Of a DNA stretch of 64,000 bases, positions 45,616-54,458 are shown piece after piece. Numbering within the stretch: the stretch's first letter is position 1; each line of letters opens with the position of its first letter. The DNA comes from Nanobdellota archaeon (GTDB taxonomy: Archaea; Nanobdellota; Nanobdellia; Pacearchaeales; GW2011-AR1). Both the position numbers and the translations under genes were made by a program. The notes under the pieces are model-generated. The model was not told the origin of the DNA and searched no databases. It saw nothing but the letters and a program-made list of their open reading frames with translations. The stretch is taken from contig JBBSXB010000008.1 of NCBI GenBank assembly GCA_038046005.1, positions 1-64,000 of the forward strand, read 5' to 3'.

Positions 45616-46575
45616 TTATTTTGCTAAACCAGCTAAAACGAAACTTGCCAAAAGAGCTTGTAATTGTATAAACGGATCAGAGCCTTCTACAATCCTAAAT
45701 TCTGTCTCGCCTGTTTTTTCTGTTAGCTTGACTTTTAAGTCTGGTTCAACTGGCAGGTTCCATATTTCTTTTTGGATTGCCTTTATTACATCTTGCCCAG
45801 AAATACTTTCTTTAAGCATAACATCTAGAAGTTTTTCCCTTGATTTTTGGAAATCTCCTGACAAAGCATAATCTAAAACTATTTTTATGTCTCTAGGGCG
45901 AGCACTTGAGATTACTGTTGAAACTAATTCAACATTTATTAATGGAGAGATTGAAGCTGTTGATTGGAGAATATTGATGCATTTTCTGCAGTCTCCTTCA
46001 CTGCCTTCATAAATTATTTCCTGTGCTTCCTTGCTTACTTCTAGTTTTTCTTTTTCAGCTATTTTTTCTATCACTTTGTCAATGTCTTTTTTTTCTAGAA
46101 TTTTGAATCTGAATAATGCACATCTTGATTGTATTGGATCTATGACTTTACTTGAATAGTTGCATGAAAGAATAAACCTGCAAGTTGTTGAGTAGTTTTC
46201 CATTGTTCTTCTTAATGCCTGCTGTGCTTCTGGTGTTAATGCATCTGCTTCATCAAGGAAAATGACTTTGAATGAGACATTTCCTAAAGACTTTGTCCTT
46301 GCAAAATTCTTTACTTTTTCCCTTACAACGTTAATTCCCCTTTCATCAGAGGCATTTAATTCAAGGTAGTTTTCTTTCCAGTTTATTCCAAATAGCTTTT
46401 TTACAACTATTAGGGCTAGAGTTGATTTTCCTGTTCCTGGTGGGCCTGCAAATAGCATGTGGGGAATGTTTAAAGATGAAGTTAATGCCTCAACCCTTTT
46501 TATGACATGGTCCTGACCTACCACTTCTAAGAATTCAGAAGGCCTGTATTTTTCAGTCCATATTTCTGACACCAT
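45616..46575 (-). CDS. rfcS: replication factor C small subunit
   Basis: WTEKYRP, GPPGTGKS, ELNASDERG, DEAD, QSRC; no intein. Confidence 0.96.
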   Translation of the reverse strand: MVSEIWTEKYRPSEFLEVVGQDHVIKRVEALTSSLNIPHMLFAGPPGTGKSTLALIVVKKLFGINWKENYLELNASDERGINVVREKVKNFARTKSLGNVSFKVIFLDEADALTPEAQQALRRTMENYSTTCRFILSCNYSSKVIDPIQSRCALFRFKILEKKDIDKVIEKIAEKEKLEVSKEAQEIIYEGSEGDCRKCINILQSTASISPLINVELVSTVISSARPRDIKIVLDYALSGDFQKSREKLLDVMLKESISGQDVIKAIQKEIWNLPVEPDLKVKLTEKTGETEFRIVEGSDPFIQLQALLASFVLAGLAK

Positions 46576-46663
46576 TTTAGTATAGGATTGATTTTGCTTA
46601 TAAAGATTGTTGTTGTGATTTAACAATATAAATGTTTAAAAATTGAAAAAAGGTTGTTTTGAG

Positions 46664-46993
46664 ATGGTTAATTACAGGAATGTTAGCAATACTGATTTAG
46701 CTGAGGAGTACAAATCTATTTTAGATTCTATTGGTGTTCTTAGTGAAGCTGAGCCTGTTGTTGAGTATAATGCTAAAACTATTAGGGATTTTCATTCCAG
46801 TATTTCTGATTATTTTGCGAAGAAGGGTACTTTGGCTCTATTAGATATTCCTATAGAACCCATAACAAAACTTGCTCTTGAGTTATTAATCATACAAGGC
46901 CATAGAGTTGCTAAAAAAGAATTAAGAGAAAAACAAATGAAAAGTTTAAAGAGTCTAACAGATGCAGTTCAGTATCGTAAAGTAAGTGGATAA
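46664..46993 (+). CDS. hypothetical protein, paralog of 47000-47320
   Basis: SNTDLAEEY..I..YF...GTL..L..L.LE.LI.QG. Confidence 0.6.
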   Translation: MVNYRNVSNTDLAEEYKSILDSIGVLSEAEPVVEYNAKTIRDFHSSISDYFAKKGTLALLDIPIEPITKLALELLIIQGHRVAKKELREKQMKSLKSLTDAVQYRKVSG

Positions 46994-46999
46994 ACAAAA

Positions 47000-47320
47000 A
47001 TGAACAAAGCTTACACAAACCAACAATTGGCGCGAAATTATTTTTCTATTGTAAATAACCTATCTTTTGTTAATTCAAACGTTAGCGAAAATTTTGATGG
47101 GATAAGATGGTGTGGAGTTGATATTGCAAAAGCATTTTCTAAAAACAAATCACTAAGAGACTTAAAAGACTTAAAGGTTGATAAATTTGGCAGATTAGTT
47201 CTAGAAGCTATATTGTCGAGAGGTTTTGAATCAACTGCTAAGCTCATAAAAGACGGAAGTCAGTATGGTGCTACACGTGCCTTAATGGCATATATTGAGA
47301 CACCAACTTTATTTCCTTGA
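47000..47320 (+). CDS. hypothetical protein, paralog of 46664-46993
   Basis: TNQQLARNY..I...F...KSL..L..LVLEAILSRG. Confidence 0.6.
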   Translation: MNKAYTNQQLARNYFSIVNNLSFVNSNVSENFDGIRWCGVDIAKAFSKNKSLRDLKDLKVDKFGRLVLEAILSRGFESTAKLIKDGSQYGATRALMAYIETPTLFP

Positions 47321-47390
47321 GTCTATAAAAGAATTTACTTGCTTTTAAAATCAAGAAGAGTTATAAAAGCAAAAACCTAATCTTCTTTAT

Positions 47391-47795
47391 CTAGCCCGAG
47401 CTAAGTCTCTCTTTAATATCATCTTCTTCGTGATTTACATCATATAGCCCAGCTAGCACGTAAACAAAATCTTTTCCTGTTAGGGTTATTTCTTTTAACT
47501 GCAATTCAGCATTTCCCCCCACCATATTACTTTTAGAAGTTAAAGCTTCACTTGTAAGTCTTGTTATCTTCTCTATTTTTACATCTATGAATTTATCATA
47601 CATTCCAATATAAGGCCATGAACAGTCATTAGAAGAATTATTATGTCTTTGATTGTAAATATTTAAGATGTCAATAATTTCATCTCCAGTCATAGCTATT
47701 TCCTCTAACCTAGAGAGAATATTTTCTCTTGTTGTCGAAGAAGCTTCAGTGTAACTCGTTAGTAAATCAAAGACTGTTCTTACTTTAATGTCCAT
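47391..47795 (-). CDS. hypothetical protein
   Basis: 134-aa ORF with upstream TATA box. Confidence 0.55.
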   Translation of the reverse strand: MDIKVRTVFDLLTSYTEASSTTRENILSRLEEIAMTGDEIIDILNIYNQRHNNSSNDCSWPYIGMYDKFIDVKIEKITRLTSEALTSKSNMVGGNAELQLKEITLTGKDFVYVLAGLYDVNHEEDDIKERLSSG

Positions 47796-47835
47796 AGAAT
47801 ACTTTATTAGAACTCTTTATATATTTTTATTTAAT

Positions 47836-47952
47836 TTACTTGCTTCTAGCTCTCTTTACCTTTCTCTTGTGCTTTTCCTTTCTGAGCTTTTTACGCTGCC
47901 ACTTCCAACGCATTTGCCCTTTCTTTTTCCATCTACGGCTTGAACGCTTCAT
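47836..47952 (-). CDS. rpl41e: ribosomal protein L41e/eS32, 38 aa, missing from ORF track
   Basis: MKRSSRRWKKKGQMRWKWQRKKLRKEKHKRKVKRARSK; MRWKW core. Confidence 0.85.
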   Translation of the reverse strand: MKRSSRRWKKKGQMRWKWQRKKLRKEKHKRKVKRARSK

Positions 47953-48039
47953 AAACTGAAAAGAAAAAGTTAGTTTTTAAAGATTTTGATTGGGGTTTAT
48001 CTTATATATCTTTATAAATTATTGATATTGTTTTTTGCT

Positions 48040-48470
48040 ATGGCTGATTTACAGTATTTTTACAAAACCTTGGATTTTTCCCTCCCGAAAAGTCTGATTT
48101 GAGTAGATGGGGTTTTACTATCCAATTAGACTCTCTTGTTGCAGTAAAGGCTAGAGAACTCAGTGCTAGCGAATTTAATATCAATCGACTTCAAGGACAG
48201 GCAAAAGAAATTGCCAAAAGATGTGGCCTAAAAAATTTTGGGCTTATTGAAAACCCTTATCATTTTGTAGAAGATAGTTTTTTACTACATTTTGTTACAG
48301 CCCCAGGCAATGCTTGTGATTTGGGGTTGGATGAATTTTGTAGAGATAATCTTTCCCCTAAAGAAAGGTTTGAAGAATTTAAAAAAGAGGCCGGAACAGC
48401 CTTCTTTATTTTCAACAAAATTCCGCTTCGCGGAATTCATACAAATAAAAACATGGAGAAAAGAACATGA
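48040..48470 (+). pseudogene. frameshifted, probably 3'-disrupted hypothetical gene
   Basis: TATA at 48011 points to ATG 48040, whose frame stops after 20 codons; long frame (LQNLGFFPP..WGFTIQLD..PGNACDL) is reached by a shift in the T5 run at 48057-48061. Confidence 0.55.
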
Positions 48471-48697
48471 AAACAATAGAAAATAAAACTGAAAACGCAG
48501 ATGCTTTGAGGGCATCGGACTTTATCCCAATAAAAGGAACACTTGATTATGGAAGAAGAACTGGATTTCCTAAACTAGCTGAAGCTAACTTTACACAGTC
48601 TAGAAGCATGAACATTTTAAGAGCTTATAATTTTGTGTTGGGTGCGGCTACTGCTGAAATTGCATATGTTGTCGGAAAGTATCTTGTAAGTAAATAA
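48467..48697 (+). CDS. small membrane protein (distant IPxYG family member)
   Basis: DFIPIKG..AYN..KYLVSK; lies between the 36-bp repeats. Confidence 0.6.
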   Translation: MKTIENKTENADALRASDFIPIKGTLDYGRRTGFPKLAEANFTQSRSMNILRAYNFVLGAATAEIAYVVGKYLVSK

Positions 48698-48706
48698 TTA
48701 GGATTT

Positions 48707-48729
48707 AAAAAAGAGGCCGGAACGGCCTC
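48707..48729 (-). terminator. hairpin plus U-tract downstream of acs
   Basis: GAGGCCG-N3-CGGCCTC followed by T6 on the minus strand, 24 nt after the acs stop. Confidence 0.65.
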
Positions 48730-48752
48730 ATTTATTTTTATTATTAGGAAAT

Positions 48753-50693
48753 TTACTTTTTCACAATAACAGTCTGCTGTTCTTTAACTTCCTTCTTTAT
48801 TTTATCTACACAGTCTGCATTTGTCAAGGTCATTAATCCCACTGGTTCTTCGTTGTTAAGAATATTCTTAAGAATTCTTCTCATTATTTTTCCTGATCTT
48901 GTTTTCGGCAAGTCAGAAACAAAGTAAACTTTCTCTGGTCTTGCTGTTGGCCCCAAAGTTGCATCAACATGCTTTTTTATTTTTGCAGCTAATTCATCAG
49001 AAGGTTTTCCTTTTTTCAATACAACAAATGCAATCGGGGTCTGCCCTTTAATTTCGTGTGCAATCGGAACAACTGCTGATTCATTTACCAACTTGAATTT
49101 GTCAATTGAGTTTTCGAGTTCTGCTGTTGATAATCTGTGGCCTGCAACTTTCATTACATCATCCGTCCTTCCTGTTATCCTTATTAATCCGTCTTTTATT
49201 ATTGCTCCATCGCTGGTGTCATATTTTGTCTTGAATGTTTTCCAGTAAGTTTCAACATATTTTTCATGATTGTTGTAAACTCCATGCAACATTCCTGGCG
49301 TGAATGGAGATAATTGAGCCAAGAATCCTTCTTTAGTTGGCTTACCTTTTTCATCTAAAATAACATGCCTCGTTCCAGGGAAACTTTTTCCAGAGACTGT
49401 TGGCACAAACGGACCAATTCCAGGCAATACATTTATTATTGTCCCCCCTGTTTCTGTTTGCCACCATGTGTCTATTATTGGGCAGTTTCCTTTTCCGATA
49501 TTATTAAAATACCAGTACCAGGCTTTTTCATCTATTGGCTCTCCAACACTCCCCAATAATCTTAGAGAATCTAATTTATGGCTCTTAAGATACTTATCTC
49601 CCCATTTGATGAACATTCTTATTGCTGTTGGAGCTGTGTAGAAAATAGATACTTTATGCTTGTCAACTATATCCCACCATCTTCCTGGATTTGGGAAATC
49701 TGGAGTTCCTTCATAAATTAAGCTTGTTGCCCCGTTTAACAATGGGCCATAAAAAGCATAAGTGTGTCCTGTTATCCAGCCGATATCGGCCGTGCACCAC
49801 ATAACATCATTTTCGTGCAAATCAAAAACCCATTTTGCTGTCCAATAAGCTTGAACTGCATAACCGCCAGTGTCGTGGACAATTCCTTTTGGTTTTCCCG
49901 TTGTTCCTGAAGTGTAAAGTATGAACATTGGATCTTCTGAGTTGACTGTCTCTGGCTTGCAGTATGCTTCGCCTTCTTCGAGAAGTTTGTTAAATTCTAG
50001 GAATTTTCCAAAATAGCTTTTGTTCTTTTTCAGTCTTCTAACGACTACCACTTTTTTTATCGTCGTTTTTTTTATTGCCTTCTTTGCTTTTTTTAATAAA
50101 TCTTCTTTTTCTCCTCTTCTGTAATATCCATCACATGTGATTAGGACTTTTGCCTGTGCGTCGAGAATTCTCGATTGTAATGCATCTGGAGCAAATGCAG
50201 AAAATACGACCGAATGAATTGCCCCTATTCTTGTGCATGCTAACATTGCAACTAAAGCTTCAGGAACCATTGGAAGGTAGATTGAAACTGCCTCTCCTTT
50301 TTTGACGCCGAGTTTTTTTAATGAGTTTGCAAATTTGTTTACTTTTTCGTACAATTCAGCGTAGCTTATTTTTACGACCGGCTCGTTTACCGGCTCTGGA
50401 ACCCATATCAATGCTGTTTTTGTTCCTTTAGTTAAATGCCTGTCCAAAGCATTTACTGAGAAATTTAATTGTCCTCCTTTAAACCACCAGAAATATGGGA
50501 GTTTTTCGATGTAAGTATTTTTTTCATTCCATAATTTTTCCCAGACTAGCCCTTGTTTTGCCAAATCGTCCCAGAATTTTACAGGATTTTTTTCAGCGTC
50601 TTTGTAGATGGAAGAATTATTAATCCAAGCGATTTTTTTCATTTCGTCGCTTGGCCAAAAAACTTTTCCTTTTTTAACGACGTATTTTACCAT
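48753..50693 (-). CDS. acs: acetyl-CoA synthetase (AMP-forming)
   Basis: YTSGTTGKPKG, TADIGWITGH, SVGEPI, DTWWQTETG, GRTDDVMKVAGHRL, PKTRSGKIMRR. Confidence 0.96.
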   Translation of the reverse strand: MVKYVVKKGKVFWPSDEMKKIAWINNSSIYKDAEKNPVKFWDDLAKQGLVWEKLWNEKNTYIEKLPYFWWFKGGQLNFSVNALDRHLTKGTKTALIWVPEPVNEPVVKISYAELYEKVNKFANSLKKLGVKKGEAVSIYLPMVPEALVAMLACTRIGAIHSVVFSAFAPDALQSRILDAQAKVLITCDGYYRRGEKEDLLKKAKKAIKKTTIKKVVVVRRLKKNKSYFGKFLEFNKLLEEGEAYCKPETVNSEDPMFILYTSGTTGKPKGIVHDTGGYAVQAYWTAKWVFDLHENDVMWCTADIGWITGHTYAFYGPLLNGATSLIYEGTPDFPNPGRWWDIVDKHKVSIFYTAPTAIRMFIKWGDKYLKSHKLDSLRLLGSVGEPIDEKAWYWYFNNIGKGNCPIIDTWWQTETGGTIINVLPGIGPFVPTVSGKSFPGTRHVILDEKGKPTKEGFLAQLSPFTPGMLHGVYNNHEKYVETYWKTFKTKYDTSDGAIIKDGLIRITGRTDDVMKVAGHRLSTAELENSIDKFKLVNESAVVPIAHEIKGQTPIAFVVLKKGKPSDELAAKIKKHVDATLGPTARPEKVYFVSDLPKTRSGKIMRRILKNILNNEEPVGLMTLTNADCVDKIKKEVKEQQTVIVKK

Positions 50694-50752
50694 TTAAACC
50701 TCTTCTTTGTTTATACAGTATTCCTTCATTTTTAAATTTGTCTAAAATTATT

Positions 50753-51109
50753 TTACTTTTTCTTTGAATTTACAAAGTTTATGATTGTTGAGATTAAGAT
50801 ATATTCAATTACAAAGGAAAAAAGAATACGAATTAGTAAAGGTAAAAAATATGGAAGATCGCTTTGAGGGTAATAAGTAAGATTCAGCCCCCATCCCCAA
50901 ATTAGAATAGCAGGGATCATTAAGATCGTTGACACTATACCTGGCAGTCCTACTATTAATAGTTCTAGAGTCTCTGGACTGTTGCCCATACAAAAACCAA
51001 TATTTTCACAATAATGTAAAGAATAAAATCCTAAAAATACAATGACAAAAAACATAATCGTAAAAATTATTCTTGGCTTGTCAAATTTAAAGAATTCTTT
51101 AAAATTCAT
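50753..51109 (-). CDS. membrane protein
   Basis: three TM helices, C..xxxxC loop. Confidence 0.6.
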   Translation of the reverse strand: MNFKEFFKFDKPRIIFTIMFFVIVFLGFYSLHYCENIGFCMGNSPETLELLIVGLPGIVSTILMIPAILIWGWGLNLTYYPQSDLPYFLPLLIRILFSFVIEYILISTIINFVNSKKK

Positions 51110-51113
51110 TTTT

Positions 51114-51707
51114 TTATTTCATAAGGAACTTTCTTTTTTCTTTTGTTCCCTTATACCAAAGCATTTTCGTGTAGCCTGTATTGTCAACTTGTTCTGGCCT
51201 TATTTTAAGTTCCTTCATTACTGCTCTAATTTGTTTTCTTGCCCGGTTCAATTCTTTTGGTTGGCATAGATATTCAATCTCTAAGAAATATCCAAGATGT
51301 TTAACTTTGTTGATTTCTATCGAGGCTCTTTTGTCTTTTTTCCATTGATAAGTCTCATTGTGTTTTATTTTTTTTACCCATTCTTTGAATCCTAAATCTC
51401 TGAATAATTCTATAAGATCATGAACTTGTTCTTTGCCCTCGAGTGAGAATTCAAATTCCTGTTTGACAACTATATCTTTTGTCCAGAGATTTACAAGCCA
51501 TTTTTTGAAATTGACCTCAAACTTATTTTTTAATGCTCTTACCCTGAATGCTTTTTTTGGATAATCCTGTTTGTTCTGTATAGCAAAGTAATCGTCGGCT
51601 TTAGTGCCTTTTTTTTCGAAGATTCCAATCTGCTTTATCTTTTCTTTCATCTCTCTTACTTCAGAATCCAAAAGCTTGATTTTTGTTTCGACTTCGAGCC
51701 AGACCAT
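51114..51707 (-). CDS. CYTH-domain protein (class IV adenylyl cyclase/triphosphatase family)
   Basis: EVETK (ExExK), DDYF, FRVR, LGYFLEIE, GY. Confidence 0.88.
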   Translation of the reverse strand: MVWLEVETKIKLLDSEVREMKEKIKQIGIFEKKGTKADDYFAIQNKQDYPKKAFRVRALKNKFEVNFKKWLVNLWTKDIVVKQEFEFSLEGKEQVHDLIELFRDLGFKEWVKKIKHNETYQWKKDKRASIEINKVKHLGYFLEIEYLCQPKELNRARKQIRAVMKELKIRPEQVDNTGYTKMLWYKGTKEKRKFLMK

Positions 51708-51711
51708 GTTT

Positions 51712-51728
51712 GAAAACCTACGGTTTTC
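51712..51728. repeat. short perfect hairpin GAAAACC-TAC-GGTTTTC just 5' of the CYTH start codon
   Basis: 7-bp inverted repeat 4 nt from the ATG at 51707. Confidence 0.5.
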
Positions 51729-51868
51729 CTACACTACCTTTCCCTTAAGAAAGATAATCAACCGTAAATTCCTCTTTTTTATTATACATTTTGGTAAAAA
51801 GGTTTTATAAATGTTTTTGATGAGTGGGAAGATTCTTTTTAGAGTTGAACTTAATCTAATTTCAATGA

Positions 51869-52612
51869 TTATCCTCTTCGGACAATTTCATTCACATAAA
51901 TTTCAATGGCCTTATCAAATTCTGGAAGCAGGGTAAAGTGATATCCACCCGTTAAAGGATTTATCCTAGTGTCTCTTACAAACAAACCATCTCTTTTCCT
52001 AAAACCAGCTTCTTCAGGGAGAGGGTGTGCAATAAATTCGGAAGTCGGATTACATTTTTCGAGGCGATCGAACCAAAAAACTTTTCCTGTATATGTTTGA
52101 CTTTCTGGATCCATTGTTTCCACCCTTGCGCTGTTAATACCTACCACACCGAATGAAATTTGATCTAATCTTTTTTTATCCCAGCTTACTGGTCTTGCAT
52201 TATGAGTGGTCACAAAAACATCTCTAGAATTATTTAAAACATATTTTAAAAATGAAGACATATTTTCTACTTGGTCTTGAATCATTACCATATATGAATT
52301 TTCCGAAGAACTCACGCCATATTTATTGATAATGTCTCTTCTTACCTCCTTGATGGTACTCTCGCTCTTGGAAAGTTTGTCTGATAGAGAAGAAGATTTT
52401 TTAATTTCTTGTATAGAAATTTTTCTCTTTAAATCATTTTCAATCTTTCTCATATCTTCTGGAAAAAATAAATTTGTAAAATCTCCAATTCCATCTCTAG
52501 GAAAAAGCTCCCTGTACATATTTCCAGGATTCAACAAGAAATCATGTTCAAAGCTTGCAATGATGGGTCCAAAACCTTCAATTTCTCCAATTCCGTAGAC
52601 ATCTACTTTCAT
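51869..52612 (-). CDS. hypothetical protein
   Basis: 247-aa ORF with upstream TATA box. Confidence 0.65.
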   Translation of the reverse strand: MKVDVYGIGEIEGFGPIIASFEHDFLLNPGNMYRELFPRDGIGDFTNLFFPEDMRKIENDLKRKISIQEIKKSSSLSDKLSKSESTIKEVRRDIINKYGVSSSENSYMVMIQDQVENMSSFLKYVLNNSRDVFVTTHNARPVSWDKKRLDQISFGVVGINSARVETMDPESQTYTGKVFWFDRLEKCNPTSEFIAHPLPEEAGFRKRDGLFVRDTRINPLTGGYHFTLLPEFDKAIEIYVNEIVRRG

Positions 52613-52747
52613 AATGCTTTGTATTTTGGTCAGTTTTTAAGTATTATTGTGATAAAAAACAAAAACGTCCCCACCTCGATTCTCACTCTTCTCATCCGAA
52701 TCTCGAAGATTAATAAATAAATTGAACTTTCAGTTCAATATTAAATA

Positions 52748-52941
52748 CGCCCCCGCCGAGATTCGAACTCGGGTCACCACCGTTCCCTAAAAGCAGATTT
52801 CTCTGCCTAGATGTCTCCTTAGAATTCTTCAGAGACTTAAATCAAGTGCTTGTCCTAAGAGGACGCGAGTCATTGTCTCAACGACTATACTCTAAGCAAT
52901 TTCTGAGAGGGTGGTATACTTGGCCTCTATACTACAGGGGC
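52748..52941 (-). tRNA. tRNA-Glu(CTC) with a 121-nt intron at 37/38 (intron 52783-52903)
   Basis: Spliced 73-nt cloverleaf: GCCCCTG/CGGGGGC, CCACC-CT-CTC-A^C-GGTGG, TTCGAAT; BHB helix CUCU:AGGG with 3-nt bulges at both junctions. Confidence 0.93.
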
Positions 52942-52999
52942 TTACTCACTTTGCTCCTTATATAAAAATCCAAGAAAAAATCTTTTATAAGCTTGTTGT

Positions 53000-53251
53000 T
53001 TATCCTACCAAAAAAACCTTGTCGTTTGGCCTTACTCTCTCTGGAACCTTTATTCCAATATGGGTACCTTTCTTTGCTTCTTTTACAGGCTTTCTTTCAA
53101 TCTGTATTTCGTCAACCATTACCTCAAAATTGGTTGTGTTGCCCTTTATGCGGATTGTATTCCCAACTTTTAAGGTTCCTGAAAGTTTTATTGCTGCAAC
53201 TTCAACATGGGCAAAGTATGTAGAAACTTCTCCAATTTCCTTTTCTGGCAT
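53000..53251 (-). CDS. translation elongation factor domain-2-like beta-barrel protein
   Basis: IGEVSTYF..VEVAAIKL..LKVG..I.IKG..IGIKV.ERVRPND.V. Confidence 0.8.
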   Translation of the reverse strand: MPEKEIGEVSTYFAHVEVAAIKLSGTLKVGNTIRIKGNTTNFEVMVDEIQIERKPVKEAKKGTHIGIKVPERVRPNDKVFLVG

Positions 53252-53342
53252 GAAAGATACAGGCGTAAGACATATATAAGTTTTACTTTTGTATATTCTG
53301 GATTTACAAAATGCTTAAATACAAGTGTTTTCTTAAGAAAAT

Positions 53343-53504
53343 ATGTCAATAGGAAACGAATCATGCCCAAAATGCAAGGGTGCGGGAAGGATAAAGAAGG
53401 CAGACGGTTCTATTCAAACTTGTTTCGATTGCTTATTAAGGGGCGAGATGGACCAACATAGTAAGGACGTTAAAGACGCAACTCAGCTTGGATTGAAACT
53501 GTAA
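53343..53504 (+). CDS. small Zn-finger protein (CxxCxGxG..CxxC), 53 aa, missing from ORF track
   Basis: MSIGNESCPKCKGAGRIKKADGSIQTCFDCLLRGEMDQHSKDVKDATQLGLKL; TTAAATA box upstream; ends flush with the dedA stop. Confidence 0.75.
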   Translation: MSIGNESCPKCKGAGRIKKADGSIQTCFDCLLRGEMDQHSKDVKDATQLGLKL

Positions 53505-54113
53505 CTACTTTTTTCTTAAATAACCTATAACCGGCGGAAGACTTGTTATAACAATCAATACTGCTACTATAATGCTTAGGTGGTCTTTTACAAAGGGTAC
53601 GCTTCCAAGGAAGTAGCCTCCAAACAAGAAAATCGCTACCCAGCTGACTGCTCCCATAATGTTGTATAAAATGAATTTGTTGTAGTCCATTTTACTGACT
53701 CCTGCCAAAAATGGGGCTATCGTCCTTACTACCGGAATAAATCTTGCGATGACTATCGTCTTTGCTCCATATTCTTGGTAAAAATGTTCTGTTTTTTCCA
53801 CATATTTCGGATTTATGTGTTTTGCGAAAAATTTCTTTCCAAAATAACCTCCAAGCCAGTAGTTCACTGTGTCTCCTATTATCGCTGCAGAGCAGAAAAT
53901 TACGAATAGAAGAAATACATTAAGCAAGCCGCCTCCAGCAAAAATCCCTGCAATAAAAATTAAAGAATCTCCTGGAAGGAAAGGTGTTAACACCAAACCT
54001 GTTTCAAAGAATACTATTAGGAAAAGTATTAGGTAAATAAAACCTCCATATGTGGTCAATATCATTCCTAAATATTTGTCAAGATGAAGCGCTACGTCTA
54101 TTATACTCACCAT
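53505..54113 (-). CDS. dedA: DedA-family membrane protein
   Basis: ETGLV..PFLPGDSL, GDTVNY..G, ARFIPVVRT.APF.AG. Confidence 0.94.
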   Translation of the reverse strand: MVSIIDVALHLDKYLGMILTTYGGFIYLILFLIVFFETGLVLTPFLPGDSLIFIAGIFAGGGLLNVFLLFVIFCSAAIIGDTVNYWLGGYFGKKFFAKHINPKYVEKTEHFYQEYGAKTIVIARFIPVVRTIAPFLAGVSKMDYNKFILYNIMGAVSWVAIFLFGGYFLGSVPFVKDHLSIIVAVLIVITSLPPVIGYLRKK

Positions 54114-54298
54114 TTTATTTTATAATTAAATCACTATATAAATTGTTAGAAGTTTTGGCTTCTATATTTCCACACAACTTGCGACCCCACTTAGTGATTA
54201 ATTTCACACCACACTAGCCATCCGCCCAACCATCTCGCATCCTGAGTTTGAAATCAATGATAAAAATGCCAAGCTCAAAATGCTCGCCCGTCCAAATA

Positions 54299-54371
54299 TA
54301 GCCCCACCAGGATTCGAACCTGGGTCACAGCCTTCAGAGGGCCGCATACTTGACCGCTGTACTATGGGGCT
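54299..54371 (-). tRNA. tRNA-Gln(CTG)
   Basis: AGCCCCA/TGGGGCT acceptor (A1-U72 typical of archaeal Gln), CGGCC-CT-CTG-AA-GGCTG, GTTCGAATC. Confidence 0.95.
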
Positions 54372-54458
54372 TTATAGTATATTTTATTTATCGGTTTTAA
54401 ACTTATTTATTCTCTGCAATAAAGAAATGTTTTTATACAACTTATTATTCAGTTATTT

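Larger units (their letters stand above)
48377..48738 (+). repeat. 36-bp direct repeat (48377-48412 and 48703-48738), 33/36 identical
   Basis: ATTTAAAAAAGAGGCCGGAAC[A/G]GCCT[TC/CA]TTTATTTT. Confidence 0.9.

Noticed and set aside
52809-52890. TCAGAGACT and TCAACGACTA resemble the group I intron R/P7 element
   Set aside because: They are antisense to the tRNA, no matching S element or P1 is evident, the intron is too short, and a canonical BHB explains the splicing
52783-52903. tRNA-Glu intron as a box C/D guide or hammerhead ribozyme (CUGAAGA and GAAA present)
   Set aside because: No RUGAUGA C box, and I could not build hammerhead stems I-III around the core motifs by eye
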